16,527 bases of DNA from an uncultured archaeon (GTDB lineage Archaea; Asgardarchaeota; Thorarchaeia; Thorarchaeales; Thorarchaeaceae), in the NCBI GenBank assembly GCA_964473825.1, contig CAYYQL010000049.1, forward strand, positions 1-16,527, in the 5' to 3' direction. Position numbers and translations under genes: made by a program. The notes beneath the pieces are model-generated. The model was given only the letters and a program-made list of their open reading frames with translations, was not told the DNA's origin and searched no databases. Below, piece after piece: positions 15,565 to 16,527 of the stretch (its first letter is position 1; every line of letters begins with the position of its first letter).

Positions 15565-16161
15565 CTATTGCGATTCGCACGTGGGCTCCCTCAGGAGGGC
15601 TGAAGGATCATCTTTTGTCTTACCACGGGGTACGTGATTCCACACCGGAGGATTGCGAGTCGTTTCGACAAACCTCTCAAGAAGAATCTTTATTCCTTCA
15701 GGATTGTGTATCCCTTTGAATACTATCTCCGGCTCATCTAATGATTCAACCGAGTAGATGCAGACATCCCCCGCATCGGCTTTTCGGTCTTCTGGCCCAA
15801 TCGAGGTATCGATGCAGGTTACTTGGTCATAGAACACCTTCTCAGTGTGTCGCTTTAGGATTCCTTTCTTGACGCGGGCATTCCATGTCGTTATGACATA
15901 GAGAATGAGTCGCCGTTTGGCCTCTACTTGAATGATAAGAGCAGCACCGAAGAAAATGGCACCGTTGGCCAAGAACCATATTAGCTGTTGATATGGAATG
16001 ATTTGAGCGGCGGTCAAGGCATTATAGGACAATCCGATGAGAAGAATGACTGCCCCAAGAATGTAGAAGAATAGGAATCTGACCCTCTTGGGATGAAAGA
16101 TGGCGACGAGTTTCTCTCTGTTCTCAGGTGCTAATGTGTACTTAGAGATGGTTCCGCTCAT
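15565..16161 (-). CDS. Two-TM membrane protein with a bacterial-type PH (bPH_2-like) domain
   Basis: EKLVAIFHP, two TM helices, then YVITTWNARVKKGILKRHTEKVFYDQVTCIDTS...AGDVCI...IVFKGIHNPE, the typical YxITxxR..GI..I..V..G.V.I..F..I.NP pattern. Confidence 0.78.
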   Translation of the reverse strand: MSGTISKYTLAPENREKLVAIFHPKRVRFLFFYILGAVILLIGLSYNALTAAQIIPYQQLIWFLANGAIFFGAALIIQVEAKRRLILYVITTWNARVKKGILKRHTEKVFYDQVTCIDTSIGPEDRKADAGDVCIYSVESLDEPEIVFKGIHNPEGIKILLERFVETTRNPPVWNHVPRGKTKDDPSALLREPTCESQ

Positions 16162-16263
16162 TTTCTTAACCCGAGGGCCATGTTTCTGAATGTCTTATCA
16201 GGAGGGTCTACCTGTTGCGAGGACCAACCCGCAATCATAGTTTGAATAGGTCTATGAAGAGCG

Positions 16264-16527
16264 CTATGTTGGATAGATATCCCAAAGAGTGTCACACGCG
16301 TGAACCACATGACCGACCAATGTTCGAATCTCTTCTGCGTTGAGGTCAGTATCGTTCGTCTCTGCAATCACAATGATGTCATCGTCATCATCTATGGCAA
16401 ACTTGACACCGTTTGCTTTCCATGACTCCTTAAGCATATCATATGCGAGCTGAGCTCGTCTATCTTCAGCTATTTCATTGAAGTTTGTGAATGGTGCGAC
16501 TATATAGAGCCAAGACTCATCTTTGTT
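16264..16527 (-). CDS. Partial (5' end outside window) acidic protein, YbjN/CesT-type chaperone-like fold
   Basis: Manual translation: ...NKDESWLYIVAPFTNFNEIAEDRRAQLAYDMLKESWKANGVKFAIDDDDDIIVIAETNDTDLNAEEIRTLVGHVVHACDTLWDIYPT*. The strand-helix-KF.ID...I-helix pattern resembles YbjN-like proteins. Confidence 0.6.
   Translation of the reverse strand, partial: NKDESWLYIVAPFTNFNEIAEDRRAQLAYDMLKESWKANGVKFAIDDDDDIIVIAETNDTDLNAEEIRTLVGHVVHACDTLWDIYPT

Noticed and set aside
16158-16367. 69-aa minus-strand ORF from the track
   Set aside because: Out-of-frame overlap with the better partial ORF 16264-16527, which has typical acidic protein composition.

Overview
Gene-dense archaeal chromosomal window, most likely from an Asgard archaeon (Thorarchaeota-like). 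This is inferred from two 'IDLxPL'-type LRR paralogues, cofE, archaeal TATA and GGTG/GAGG-type ribosome-binding signals, and many zinc-finger proteins. From left to right: (1) a minus-strand redox operon of a stand-alone HdrA N-terminal-like protein, a 2x[4Fe-4S] ferredoxin and a DGC-domain/GcvH-like fusion that runs off the left edge, preceded by a palindromic operator; (2) an orphan NuoC-like gene; (3) a MoxR AAA+/VWA pair in which the VWA protein appears to carry its own AAA-lid-like domain; (4) a D-cysteine desulfhydrase-family enzyme; (5) an unannotated 55-aa cysteine-string, tail-anchored microprotein divergent from two coupled membrane proteins that share a Zn-ribbon + B-box-like module in opposite domain order; (6) adenine deaminase; (7) an unannotated 36-aa single C2H2 zinc-finger microprotein; (8) cofE; (9) a coiled-coil/winged-helix protein; (10) two LRR proteins around a small polyproline-tailed protein; (11) a bPH-domain membrane protein and a partial YbjN-like protein at the right edge. 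No rRNA, tRNA, CRISPR array or mobile element was recognised. All family assignments come from motif recognition by eye, not database searches.
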